The notes beneath the pieces were generated by a model. That model had not been told where the DNA came from. It ran no database searches and saw only the letters and a list, made by a program, of their open reading frames with translations. Below are positions 25,181-36,619 of a DNA stretch of 64,000 bases, one piece after another. The translations under genes were made by a program, and so were the position numbers. The DNA comes from Lama guanicoe (lineage: Eukaryota), in the NCBI GenBank assembly GCA_013239625.1, contig MU056216.1:13790725-13854724 (forward strand), in the 5' to 3' direction. Each line of letters begins with the position of its first letter. The stretch's first letter is position 1.

Positions 25181-25956
25181 ATTCTTTTAAACAGGGAAGC
25201 AGGCACTGTCAGGGCCGAGGACCCCCGCACTGTGTCCTCATCCACCGGGACGGGCTGACCAGAAGTCGGGGAGCCTCACTGAAGTGTCTTCTCTGGGGTC
25301 TGGCCTTCAGCCTCACAAGTTCAGAACTATTTTGTCAGAACCCTTGAGGTGACTGGTCTCAGAGAGACAGACATGCTGAGAGTGAAGTGGAGAACTCTGA
25401 ATGTCATCTTACTAATTTATGATGAAAAATAAACCTGCCGAACAGACAAGCGTGTGTGTTGGCCTGAACAGCCTATTTTCTCTTCAAGCAAACTCCTAAG
25501 GAAGCCAAGTGATGAGGGTGACTCAGGACAGGGGAAGTGGCCGCTTGCTTCGAATGTTGCCTGGCATCTGGTCTGAGGTCCCGGAAAGGGTCCGTGCCCT
25601 TTGGGCGGGCGGAATGCGCCTGCCTCTTTCCTGGTCTGTTCTCACCCGTGAGCAGGTCGGCACGCCATGTCCTGGGTTTGCTGCTAGAACGACTTTGCAG
25701 GTCACCATTACCAGGTCATTCAGAAAGGGACTCCGTCCTGTGGGTCAAAGCAGCAGAACTAGCTTCTACCTGCATCTAACAAACTGACTGGTCATTCCGC
25801 CTGAAAAGGGGAGGGTCTGGACCCTAGCTATGGTCTGAAGAAAACAGGTGTCATAAACACCCATGTGAGTGCCCCAAAGGAAAGGGTCTTGGCTGTGAAC
25901 TTTGTCCTTCTCATTCCAAAGGAGGACTGAAAAACTGCCTTGAAAGCTGTAGCTAA

Positions 25957-26434
25957 TGGACATACATGCAATGGAATACTACTCAGCCACAAAAAAGAAT
26001 GAAAAATTTTAACACAACATTGTAAATCAACTATACTTCAATTTAAAAAAAAGAACAAAATTTTGCCATTTGCAGCAACACAAATGGACTTGGAGAGCAT
26101 TATGTGATGTGAAATAAGTCAGACAGAAAGATAAACAACTTATAATATTGCTTATATGTGGAATCCAAAAAAGACAACAAACTAGTGACTATAACATAGA
26201 AGAAGCGGACTCACAAGTACAGAGAACAAACTAGTGGTTTCCAGTGGGAGAGGGAAGCAGGGAGGGGCACTGTAGGGGTGGGAGGGGGAGGAACAAACTG
26301 TTGGGTGTAAGGGAAGCTCAGGGATGTATTGTACAACATAGGGAAGATAGCCAGTATTTTGCAATTACTGTAAATAGAAATTAACCTTTAAAATTGTATA
26401 AAAAATTTTAAAATTAATATAGATAGATTTTTAA
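25957..26434 (+). mobile_element. 5'-truncated LINE-1 with perfect 14-bp TSD
   Basis: caatggaatactactcagcc...gccatttgcagcaac...aaataagtcagacagaaa. TSD aaagctgtagctaa at 25943-25956 and 26435-26448. Confidence 0.92.
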
Positions 26435-26870
26435 AAAGCTGTAGCTAAAATTTTGCCTGAAGAATCACAACATTTACCTTTGCTTTTAGAGCTCGGTACC
26501 CTTCCCACATGGGGGCCAAGGTGCAGGTTTGCGGACCAGGGCTCGGAAGAGCAGGGCTCCTGAAGCCCATGTGTCTGAGCAGGAGGAGGAGGACACTTGC
26601 TGACCGGTGTGCACGCGAGTCACCCCCAAGGTGCGGCCCCAGTAGGGTGAGGTGAGGAAGCGGGTGTCAGCAAGTGACAGGACCTACAGCTGAGGCCAGT
26701 GTTTCTCATCAGCACGTAGGTGACAGACAGAACAGGGTGACTGAGACATCGGGGTTGTATACAATGTTATCAAGGGAGGAAAGCAGGACTTCAAAGTTAG
26801 GTTCACTCTGGGTTCAGAAGTCTGTGTTCAGTAATACCTGCAGGGAGGAATTTGTTTAGAATTTAAAGGT

Positions 26871-26960
26871 GAGGAGGGGCTCAGTGGTAGAGCGCATGCT
26901 TAGCATGCGCAAGGTCCTCCTCCAAAAATAAATAAGTAAATCTAATCCCCCCCCCCCAAA
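26871..26960 (+). mobile_element. Vic-1-like SINE, internally deleted (no B box)
   Basis: gctcagtggtagagcgcatgcttagcatgcgcaaggtcct|cctcc plus tail aaataagtaaatctaat, flanked by a tttaaagg repeat. Confidence 0.85.
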
Positions 26961-27414
26961 TTTTAAAGGACCACGAAAGAATTGAGGATGACTGCTTGGT
27001 CATTCTCACTGGAGGCCAAGAGCTAAGTTCAGTTTACTAATCAATAAAATAGGATAACTACTTATGGAAACCCAGCATTCGCCATGGGTCTCATACTAAC
27101 TTTAGTTTCTTCTCACAAAGGATGGTTCCCTGGCCACAAGGGTGGAGGAAATTTCTCGCCTAGGCTCTATTTGGATTCTTGCTACACTTTGCTGCCCTAG
27201 TTTTGCTTTTCCTGTTCTCCCCTGGGGGACCCAGAGCAGTTTCCAGCAGAGTGGCCACGTGCTTGGTTCAGGGACTTGTGTTCCACAGAAGGAGCCCTAT
27301 TTTCTGACCTCCTCTAAGCTGTCTCACTGGAGCAAACCCGCTGGCAGGCGGCAGTGAACCTGCACCCTCCAGCTCTCCTGCACGCCTTTGGGGTGAGCGA
27401 TGTTTGTTCCTAAA

Positions 27415-27900
27415 CCAGCTTATGCTCATAGTTCGTTATCGTACTCAAGAAGCTGGATTACGTTCTATGTTAGCCAATTAAATATTGTGTAAACTAACAT
27501 AATGAGTGTAAAAGCGAGAGCTGCTTCTTTGAAAACTAAGTTGAATGATTTGGAAAGACTTTTCAATGAAGGTAAGTTGCCTTAAAGATCTGCTTTAAAT
27601 TAAGTGCAAAGGAGACCCAAGGACAGGGGGCAATTTAAAAATGAGAGGATTCTGTATTGAAATTGTTTTTCAAGAGTCTTTAAGATCTCATGCTGCTTTA
27701 AAGAAATTGAAATTTGAAATTGTAGATAACACATTACAGGTGTGATTTATGCCAAAAAAAGAAAAAAAGGGAGACAACCAGAATCCCCAGTGAGGGCACC
27801 ACCCTCAGAGGAAAGGCTTGGGTCCTGTGTCAAAATACTGGCTAGTAAGTGACCATACATGTGTTTTAAGGTAAAATACAATGTTTAAAAATTTATATAA
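27415..27900 (+). mobile_element. Tigger/pogo-family DNA transposon fossil (Tigger14a-like), decayed transposase N-terminus
   Basis: From ATG 27502: MSVKARAASLKTKLNDLERL; later frames give LKKLKFEIVDNTLQV*FM and IPSEGTTLRGKA. These resemble the CENP-B-type HTH domains of pogo/Tigger transposases, with frameshifts and stops. Confidence 0.75.
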
Positions 27901-27904
27901 TTTC

Positions 27905-28560
27905 TTAATCATTGATTCGTCCATTTAACATATATTTATCAAGTACCTACTACGTGTCAGTATTGTAGAACTTAGAAATGATTAAGACCAACTGAGTCCC
28001 TGTGCTCAGAGGGTTCACTGGGGTCCGGGAGACGGCTGGACACGTGCGGAATGTACCCGGTCACCCGCTGTGTGAGCCGTGCAGGCGGGCAGAGCCGGGT
28101 GGGGGTGAGGGGGCTGCCGTGGGGACGGCGCTGTGAGGAGGCGAGGCTGGAGCACAGATGGCACCACGTGGGGGCTATCAGGAGATGGAAGGGAGCCTCC
28201 CTGGGGCAGAGGGACCAAGGGGGAAGGCTCCCAGCCGGGCCTGAGCTGGAACAGCGGGAAGGCCATCTGCCGGGAGGGGCAGGTAGGAGGGGAGCACTCA
28301 GGGGTAAGGGAGACACAGGCAGGGCCAGGTCACCTAGGGGCTGGGACTCTGGGAGGCACTTGGGATCTTACCCAGACGAAGCCACTGGGGTTTGGGAAGG
28401 AGTCTGGCCGGATCTGGTTTCTGTTTTTAAAAGGTGGCCCTGCTACTGTATGCAGAATTGAGAATGCGGGGTAGGTGGGCAAACGTGGAAGAACAAGTCT
28501 CAAACTGGACAGACAGGGCCCAGACAGAGATGCTGAAGGAGACCAGCGGGGAGGGCAGGA
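27905..28560 (-). mobile_element. L2 LINE remnant
   Basis: attcgtccatttaacatatatttatcaagtacctactacgtgtcag (antisense L2 3' end) and ggatctggtttctgtttttaaaagg...ccctgctactgt. Confidence 0.7.
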
Positions 28561-29205
28561 CGGCCGGAGGACAGGAGCAGAGGGAGCGACCCTGCCAGTG
28601 GCCTGATGGAGCAGGGGTGGGGGGGCGGGGAAGGGTGGAGGGAGGCCTTCGGACGGGAGGAGAGGGGCGCAGGGAAGGGTCGGGGAGGCCCGGGTGGGCG
28701 CATCCCGGGGGAGGGAGCGGCCGGCGCCCTCCGCGCGGCGGGGAGCGGAGATGCTGGGGGCTGCCCCTGAGTTCATGAGAGCGGCACAGGTCCGGGTCCG
28801 GGGAGGAGGCAGGACGAGGAAGCCGACAGGACGGCGAAGCCCGCTTTCCGTCCGTCTCCGCAGCCGATCGGGCTCCGGCCGCGTTCTTGCCCATTTTTGG
28901 CGGCGCTGCCGGGGAATGCTACTCGGCAGGGTTCCCGGCGGAGGAGAAGGAAGGCCGAGGCTTACATTTCTCCGGCCTCAGCTCGGCGCTCTGAGGTTGA
29001 AAAGCTTTCGGAAAACGTCTGCTTTTGGGAATCTATTTTATACACAGGTGTCAGCAATCTAACTGGAGAAAAAGAGGTTCTAGGAAGCTTCCGGGCCCGG
29101 CTGGGTCCCCAGCGCGGACTGGAAGTCTCCCGCGTCCCATCCCCTCTGGGGACCAGGTGCTTCTGCTGAGCAATGGAGGGGGCGTGGTTCTGAGACTCCA
29201 CGCCA
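28545..29205. promoter_or_regulatory. Orphan CpG island (candidate promoter/enhancer)
   Basis: Very high GC and CpG density, GC boxes (ggggcgggg ~28622) and a perfect CArG box CCATTTTTGG at 28891-28900. Confidence 0.7.
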
Positions 29206-29298
29206 TGGCCTGGCTTTAATTTTCTGCCGTTTCTGCCTCCACCCCTCCGAACCGTCCTTTGGGAACAGATGATGCCAAAAGGTTGAAGATCCTAAATC

Positions 29299-29504
29299 AT
29301 ATATATATGATATCATATATACAAGAAATCTTCCATATATACATGTATTTAATTGAAGTATAGTTGATTTACAGTGTTGTTACTTTCGAGTGCGCAGCAT
29401 AGTGATTCAGTTATACATGTATTACTCTTTTTCATTATAGGTTATCACACAGTATTGAATAGTCTCCTGTGCTGTTTACTTATTTTATATACAGTAGTGT
29501 ATAT
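29299..29504 (-). mobile_element. Short L1 3'-end insertion with 11-bp TSD
   Basis: ttaattgaagtatagttgatttacagtgttg... TSD gatcctaaatc at 29288-29298 and 29505-29515. Confidence 0.85.
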
Positions 29505-30557
29505 GATCCTAAATCTTTGAATTTTGCCCCAGCACAACCCTCCTTGCCCCTGATGAGCCCAGGACAGGAAGGTGAAGGCAAATGGATGCTTTTTATAACA
29601 GCGAAGCCCAACGTGGACACTAACAAACTAGTGTGACCCCTGGAGAATCCCTTTTTACTGGGTTGGAGGCAGGGCAGTACCCAGAACTCAAACAGGATAG
29701 TGGGAGTTGCCTCGCAGCCCACAGCTGACTCTTGCCTGGTAAGAAATAGGCATTTCTGTCTAGGAAGGGTCTGCCCACAGCTGAGAGGCCTTGGCCGGGA
29801 GCCTTCAGCCCAGGACCTGCAGCTCCAGGCTGCCTGCCTCCCTGGACTGCCTGGGGGGGGGAGGGGGTGGGGAGGAGGCTGAGAGTGGAGGCAGGAGGCT
29901 GATGAGGGAGGGGACAGAGAAGAGAGGGCGGAGCTTCTCTGGGTGGGATAGCTCCCAGGGTAGTCGGCCCTGCTTTCCCGAAGTTTTGAAAACATTGCTT
30001 TTGCTGGTAAATAACAATTAACATATATAAAATTGCATAAAAGTGTTTGCACAGTTTAATACCTGCAGCCTAAGGGCCCCCTGTGTGCGTGTCCCTGGTC
30101 AACCCCGACCCCACAGAGTGACCATCACCCTGACTGTGTGATAAGCATCTCTTTTCTGTCCTTTGTGGTGTGTGCAATCCCGAGTGTACCTGCAGCACTG
30201 TACTTTAGCTTTGATTGTTTCTTGACTGTATAGGAATGAAATTATGCTGTGCTCCTTTATCCCGGCTCTGTCCCTCAGTCCTGTGCTTCAAGATTCATCC
30301 GTGTAGATTTAGTTCGCTGGTTTTTCACTGCCCTGTAGGCTTGTCTCATATGAATACACCACAATTACGTATTCATTTGACTGTAGGTGGGGAATCAGCT
30401 GTTGCACAGGGCTGTTGGCAGGGCAACTGCTGTTACGAATTTTTTTGAATATGAGTCACAGTGCAAGTGTGTAGTTTATCTGTGGGCTATACCTCGAATT
30501 GGAAGTTCTAGGTTTGCATATCTGTAAGTTTATTTTATTATTTCAAATTAAAAAAAA

Positions 30558-30643
30558 TTTTTTTAACAGAAGTACTGGGGATTGAACCCAGGACCTCACA
30601 CGTACTAAGCATGTGCTCTACCACTGAGCTATATACCCTCCCC
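30558..30643 (-). mobile_element. Vic-1-like SINE
   Basis: agtactggggattgaacccaggacctc...ctctaccactgagctatataccctcccc. Confidence 0.9.
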
Positions 30644-31039
30644 ACTGTAATTCTAAAGAAAATGGCAAGCTGTTTTCCAAAGGGATATTTGGGTTGTCTA
30701 ACTCTACACCCTTGTTGATTTTTATCTGTTTGTTAATTATGAAGAGAATATATCAAAATCTCCTACTATGTTTGTAGATTTGTGTATTTGTCATTTTAGT
30801 TCTGTCATTTTTTTTTTGGCTTTCTATATTTGAATCTATGTTATTAGATACATAAAATTGTTATATCTTCTTGGTCAATTGATCATATTCAAAACAATTT
30901 TGACTTGAATGCAAAAATGTTTATAAAAACATTGTGCACTGCCGACAACACTGAATAACAGCCCCAAACAGGAAACCGTCCAAATGTTACCATTTTATCA
31001 TGTGCCCCGTTTTTCCTGTATCACTATGACGAATAGTAT

Positions 31040-31651
31040 TGATACAGGAGAATGTGTGGTGAGAGAATGGCCGTGTCCCAGGTCTCAGTTGAATCCCTGG
31101 GACCCACCCCACCAAGTGTGGGTCCTTGGCTTCACACGGGAAAGAATTCAAGAATGAGCCACAATTGAGTAAAGGTAGATTTATTCAGAGAGATACGTAC
31201 TCCATAGACAAAGTGCAGGCATCTCAGAAGGTAAAAGAACGGCCACAAGGTACAGGGTTTGGTGCTCAGTTTAAAGTAAAAGTAGTCGCACGCTCCGTAG
31301 GCAGAGTGTGGTCCGTGTCACGCAGAGGGGAGAGCGGCCACGAGGTGTGGGGTGGCTAGCTTTCACGGGCTCGGTTATCTCACTTGCTAACAAGTGGGAA
31401 GACTACTCCAGCCACGCTGGGAAGGGGTGGGGATTTCTAGGAACTGGGCCATCGCCCGTTTTTCGGCCTTTTATGGTCGGCCTCGGAACTGTCCTGGCGC
31501 CTGTGGGTGTGCCATTTACCAAGCTGACGTGTTACAACGAGCATGTAATGAAGCTCAAGGTCTGCTGGGAGTCAAGTCTCCCTCCACCTTGGTGCTAATT
31601 GCTGTGTCATTCCTTGAATGGCGGTGCCCTGCCCCCTTCCCTCCTGCCTCA
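31040..31651 (-). mobile_element. Solo LTR, ERV1-type (612 bp)
   Basis: TG...CA termini with imperfect inverted ends (tgatacagga / tcctgcctca), perfect 4-bp TSD gtat, antisense AATAAA at ~31180 and two degenerate internal ~60-bp repeats. Confidence 0.85.
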
Positions 31652-32778
31652 GTATTCTAAACAGTTTTTGACTTTTAATTGTTCATTTTTTAGCATATGG
31701 AAACGTGCCTGATTCCCATGCGTTGGCCTGTGACCTCGTGAAACTCAGTTATGAGCTCTAGGAGGGTTTGTTTTTATTTTTCATCTTCCTTTTTGACCAG
31801 GGATTTTCATGTTGTCTGTGAATAGGGACAGTTTTTATTTCTTCCTTTCTAATGTGCGTGTGTGTGTTGTTGCACTGGCATGGTGTTGAGAAGGAGGGGT
31901 GAGAGTGACAGCCTTGCCTTGTTTACCGCTTAGGGGACGACGGTCCCTTTTTTCACTGTTGGATGACGTTAGTTGCAGGTTGTTCAAATGCTCCTTTTAT
32001 GCTGAACCCATTCTCTCCTGCTGCTCGTTTGCCAAGTGTTATCATGGGTGGATGTTGAATATTATCAACTGTTTTTTTCCTACATTTATGATTGTGTGAT
32101 TTTTCTTATTTAGTTAATAATATGATAGAATACATTAACTGGATTAGTCGGGACCGGTCCGCAGGGATCTGTGTGAATAGGGCGGTGTGACTGTGAGAAG
32201 GCAGGTCCAGGCCTGCGGGACACTGGTGGTGACAGCAGGAGAAAGTTTTGACAGATGCTTACGCAATAGAAAAGAGCAGAGAAACAGGTCGTGAGAGTTC
32301 ATGGGCCAATTAAGTGGGATGTTTCATCTCATTCCTTGTGTGTTTTTCCCAGGGATCGAGAACTACCTCTTCCTCCACTGTCACGTGTGCTGCCAGGGAC
32401 ACAGAGAAGAGGACAGATGCTCGCTCTTGCCTCCAGGATGTCACAACCTCGGGCTGGGCTGCCGCAGCTCCTTCTTTTTAAGCAAGGTGGGAGCACCAAC
32501 CCCAACATCCAACTGTTTCCAAAGCAGAATGTATGACATGTATGTTCCTTTCCCCCAGTCGCCTATTAAACACACTTCAGTGCGAGGCACTGCTCACAGC
32601 TAAATTTTCACATTAAAAATGGTTGGTGACTCTTGGCATTGGTCAGAGGGACGTGAGTCCATGGAGCTTGAAATCCTTCCTCAGCTTTAAAGCAACTCTA
32701 GGGGTAAAAGCAAAAAGACGCACCGCCCAGTGATATAAGAGGACGCCACCACTGCCGGCTGCGATTGCTCCTGGGCTC

Positions 32779-33292
32779 TGTCGGTGGAAGAAAATGCGCA
32801 ACCGAGCAGTTGAGAGTTAGTTTTATTCAACGGACTTTCTGAGGACCTGAGCCTGGAAGATGGTCTCTCAGATCTGAGACAGCTCTGGAAAGGCAAGGGA
32901 GACGCGAGGCTATATATATAGGAGTTTTTGCAGCGAAGACCAGACCGGTGGCCCATCAGAAGTGTACTGTTAATGAAAGGAAAGCACATATCTCAAGTCA
33001 AGGAATTTAGCTCTTTTCCATGGATGGGAAGGTGCAAATATCTGGGCTCATTGAAATCATTTCTTTGATAGGCATCTAGCTATCCGGGGCCAGCATCCTG
33101 TCCTTTCCCATCCTGAGTGCCTCCAGGGGGCCCCGTTGGGGGTGGTGGCCATGGCCCAGCTGCCTGCTTGTCTGCATCCTGAGTTCCCTCCGGCTCACCA
33201 GTTCACAGCTGGGGGTGGCGGCAGTGGCTGATGATTTGATGGCCACGGCATCTTTTGTTTACTGATGTGGCAGGCAATATTCTTCACTCACG
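32779..33292 (-). mobile_element. Solo LTR, ERV1-type (MER41/LTR39-like)
   Basis: Starts tgtc, ends cactcacg, 4-bp TSD gctc/gttc. Antisense AATAAA ~32823, TATA ~32911; motif atctcaagtcaaggaatttagc...ctgggctcattgaaatcatt. Confidence 0.75.
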
Positions 33293-33703
33293 GTTCCTAC
33301 CTCCAGCTTAGTCTGAGAGTGGACGGGAGTCCCGGCAATCCAGGTGAGAAGAAAGATAAGCTCAGGGATGGCCGTGAAGGGTTGGGGGCAGAGCAGCTGG
33401 AGACCCCCTCTTATGACTGGATGGTGGGGCCCCCTCTCCTGCACCAACCCTCCAGCTGGAGGAGGGGCTCCCCTCCAGGAGAGTCTGGAGCTGCGGACTA
33501 GGGGAGACTTGGAAACCTGTAGTCCCCGTGGCCTTGTTGTTACAGGCAAGAGGTGACTTTTGACTCGTTATTGAGTGATTCAGGGTCTATTTTGCTACAG
33601 AAATACATACAAAGTCGCCAGGCAAAGCACAGAGCAAAGTAGCTTCTCAAGGCACATAAGCCTCCAACTATGATTGTTTTTGCCTTGGAGTTGCTTTCAG
33701 TTT

Positions 33704-34125
33704 TATTAAAAACAAAACAAAACAAAACAAAATCAAAATTCGGCTGAGTAAACTTGAAGATCTGATTGGCTCTATTAGGCAATTCATAGTTGGGGCAGCA
33801 TCCCACCCATAGTTGGGATGAGGCGGGGCTCCAAGGGGCTGTCCAAAGTGGAGGGTTTTTATAGGCAGGAGGGTGGGGCCAGAGGATGAGCAGCAAAAGA
33901 AAAGAAAGGACTGTTTCAGGTCAGGAGGGCTTCTTTTGCCTGAAGGGAAGGCAGGGGTCTTACTAGGAAAATTATCTCACCAGCCTTGATCTGGAAATTT
34001 CAGACTGACTGTTTTAAAGGTGGTATTTCTGGGAGGGGTTGAAACGGCAATTAAGTCTTGGTTTGCTGAGAGGGTGTGGGTGGGGTGCAAAGGATTCCAT
34101 TTGGGGACTTGGTTTTTTTTTAACA
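33704..34125 (-). mobile_element. Solo LTR, ERV1-type (MER34/39-like)
   Basis: tattaaaa...ttttaaca termini, TSD gttt/gctt, antisense TATAAAA ~33857. Contains a (CAAAA)n run. Confidence 0.65.
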
Positions 34126-34465
34126 GCTTTCTCAACCAGTGTCTCTCATATTTTGCAGAGTCCTCTGCCCTCAATTAACAGGGTGGGGACCAGGGAGCAG
34201 CTTGGCTTCCTTACAGAGTGTTTCGTCACACTAATTTCTGCTCCCAAGTTAATGAATTTCAGGCAAATTTTTCACCATGTGCACAGAGTGAACGCTTGGG
34301 TGACATTTTTACAGGCACCCAAAATACTTTCTATAATACTGTTAGCGAATAAGAAAATGACAGCCCACTAGTCATCAAAACCACACCTAGGATTTCCAAT
34401 GTTTAAGAACTGCCTGGCTCAGGGGGTGCTGAACGCAGGGTTTCCAGCTGAAACGGTGCTACTGC

Positions 34466-35258
34466 TGTGATATTGTATGTGATAAAAATATGTATTTGGT
34501 TTTGTCCCATGTTCCTGGCACAGGGCTTCCAGGACCCTTGGAACTTCCTGAGTGATGGAGGTGATGGGGACACCTTCACCTGGCTTTAGTCATTCACAGC
34601 CAGCCCCTTGGAGGATGGGGCTGGTTGCTAGAGGAACCTACCAGTGATTAAAGGGTTAGACCTTTCAGCCTCACTCCACCCCTGTGGAGGGGAGAGGAGC
34701 TGGTGACTGAGTTCTGCTACGGAAGCCAGTGATGTAATCGGTCATGCCTTTGTAACGAAGCCTCCCTAAAAACCTGAACTCAAGGGCCTTGGAGAGCCTC
34801 CAGGTAACTGAACACCTGGAGGTGCTGGGAGGGCCGTGCACCTGGACCGCTCCAGGCTCCGCTCCACACACCTTACCCAGGGCATCCCTTCTGCCTGGCA
34901 GCTCCTGAGCTCAAGCCTTTATAATAAATGGATAACAGTTAAGTCACCTGTTTCCCTGGGTTCTGTGAGCTGTCCTGGTAAATTACTGAACCTGAGGAGG
35001 GGGTTGTGGGACCCTCCAGTTTGTAGCCAAGTTGGGCAGAAGTTGTGGAAAAATCAGGGACCCACTCCTTGTGGCTGGTGTCTGAGGCTGGGGGCAGTCT
35101 TGTGGGACTGAGCCCTTAACCTCAGAGTCTGGGTTAATTCTGGGCAGTCTGTGTCAGAACTGAGTTAAATTGTAGGACACCCAGTCAGTGCTGCTTGGTT
35201 TGGAAAAACCCACACTTTGGTATCTGAAGTATATGAAAGCTGAGGTTTTTCTTTTAAC
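34466..35258 (+). mobile_element. MER21-like LTR
   Basis: tgtgatattg...ttcctggcacag...gtgattaaagggttag...tttataataaa...ttccctgggttctgtgagc...gtcttgtgggactgagcccttaacc matches the recalled MER21B/C consensus. Confidence 0.8.
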
Positions 35259-35444
35259 TCTGGTTAGTAGTATAAACACCACTTGTAACCTCCCTGTCCT
35301 ACCAGCTTTGAAATCGTGTGAATCTTGACAAATTCTTACAACTCAGAGCCATTTGAATCACTTCAAAGTTTGCAAACAAAGTGAGGCTTTATTAATGTTT
35401 TGCACGACATCATTTCAGTTTTTTGTAATTCGAATTGGCGTGAG

Positions 35445-35700
35445 ATACATTCATTCATTCACCCAATCTTCTTGGAGTTTCTTCTGTGGACCAGATTGCT
35501 CTGGGTGTTGGAGATTTGGCAGTGACAAAACTACGTCTCCACCTCTGTGGACGTTACAGTCTCATGGGGAGACTCACAGTAAACAATCCATATGATATAA
35601 AGTCAAGTAAGTTTGGTGAACGAGACTAGAGCAGCGGAAGGGATACTAAAAGACGGAGGAAGAGATGCTGTTTCAGATCAGGTACCAGAGGGAGTCGTGC
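35445..35700 (-). mobile_element. L2 fragment
   Basis: cattcattcattcac tail followed by antisense L2-like body. Confidence 0.6.
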
Positions 35701-35799
35701 AGAAGGAGGGAGGTTCAGAGGCAGCAGCAAGCCATCGGAGTGTCTTTGGCAACTTTTTAACCCATAAAGGACTTGCTCTGGGGTTGACAGAGAAAGTGG

Positions 35800-36050
35800 G
35801 TTAAACCTACTAGTTACAGATCAGATCTGAATTCAAAAACCCAGCTCTACCACCTATTAACTGTGCGTCTTTGGGTGAGTGACTTAACGAATCTTTCTGA
35901 GTCTGTTTGCTCATCTGTTGAGCCAGGATGATAATAATACTTGGCTCATCGGGTCATGGTAGATATAGAAAGTGATCATGTACATAAAACCTGTGTCTCT
36001 GACCCCGGCACAGAGGATGTGCTGAAAACAAGGTGGCTGTCACTATTATT
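35800..36050 (+). mobile_element. MIR SINE
   Basis: cccagctctaccacctattaactgtgcgtcttgggtgagtgacttaac...gctcatctgt...gatgataataatac. Confidence 0.75.
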
Positions 36051-36619
36051 ATTATTACTGATCATCATCATCACCACCAGGAATGGTAAAGCCTTTGAAA
36101 GTACTTACTATTGTCAACACACGGGACTCGGGCAGAGCACAGTGGCTGTCTCTGCTGGGAAAAGTCTAAACTGTAAACACATCTGCGGATATTTAAACAC
36201 ACTGAGTCTCCTGCTGACAAGTGCTAGTGAGGGCTGAGGGCAAGAGAGCTGAGCTCAGAGCCACATAGGATAGTGGAGAGTGGGATTTTAGGGACACACA
36301 CCCCTCGCCATCTGGGCCTCTAGCTGCCAGGCTGGACCCTGCGGAAGCACGGCTGCCCAGGCGGGCAAAGCCCGTGAGCATCCTCGGTGGCTGCTCTGTG
36401 CTGCTCACTGGTGACTCATCGCTGCAGACGCCATTGGCAAAGCTGGCTAAGGCCGCCTCTCCGCTCCTAGATGCCCAAATATTCCAGAAGCTTTGGCCTG
36501 GCCCGAGGTATCCAGAGTCAGATATCAGCACTGGGCGGAGCTCCTATGAGTGCAAAACAGTGACTTGTGTTTAGCAAACACTTCTGTGTTTACAAATCTC
36601 AGTTTCAGAATTCCTCCAT

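Larger units (their letters stand above)
29995..32140 (-). mobile_element. Old L1 fragments hosting a SINE and an LTR
   Basis: Antisense L1 motifs: gctgttttccaaagg, atcaaaatctcctactatgtttgtagatttg, gaatagggacagtttttatttcttcctttc, gggtggatgttgaatattatcaa. Confidence 0.65.

Noticed and set aside
28427-28894. 155-aa minus-strand ORF with good Kozak context (aaaATGG) in the CpG island
   Set aside because: Pro/Ser/Arg-rich low-complexity product running into an L2 remnant. Long ORFs are expected in GC-rich DNA, and the ATG context is simply the CArG box read in reverse.
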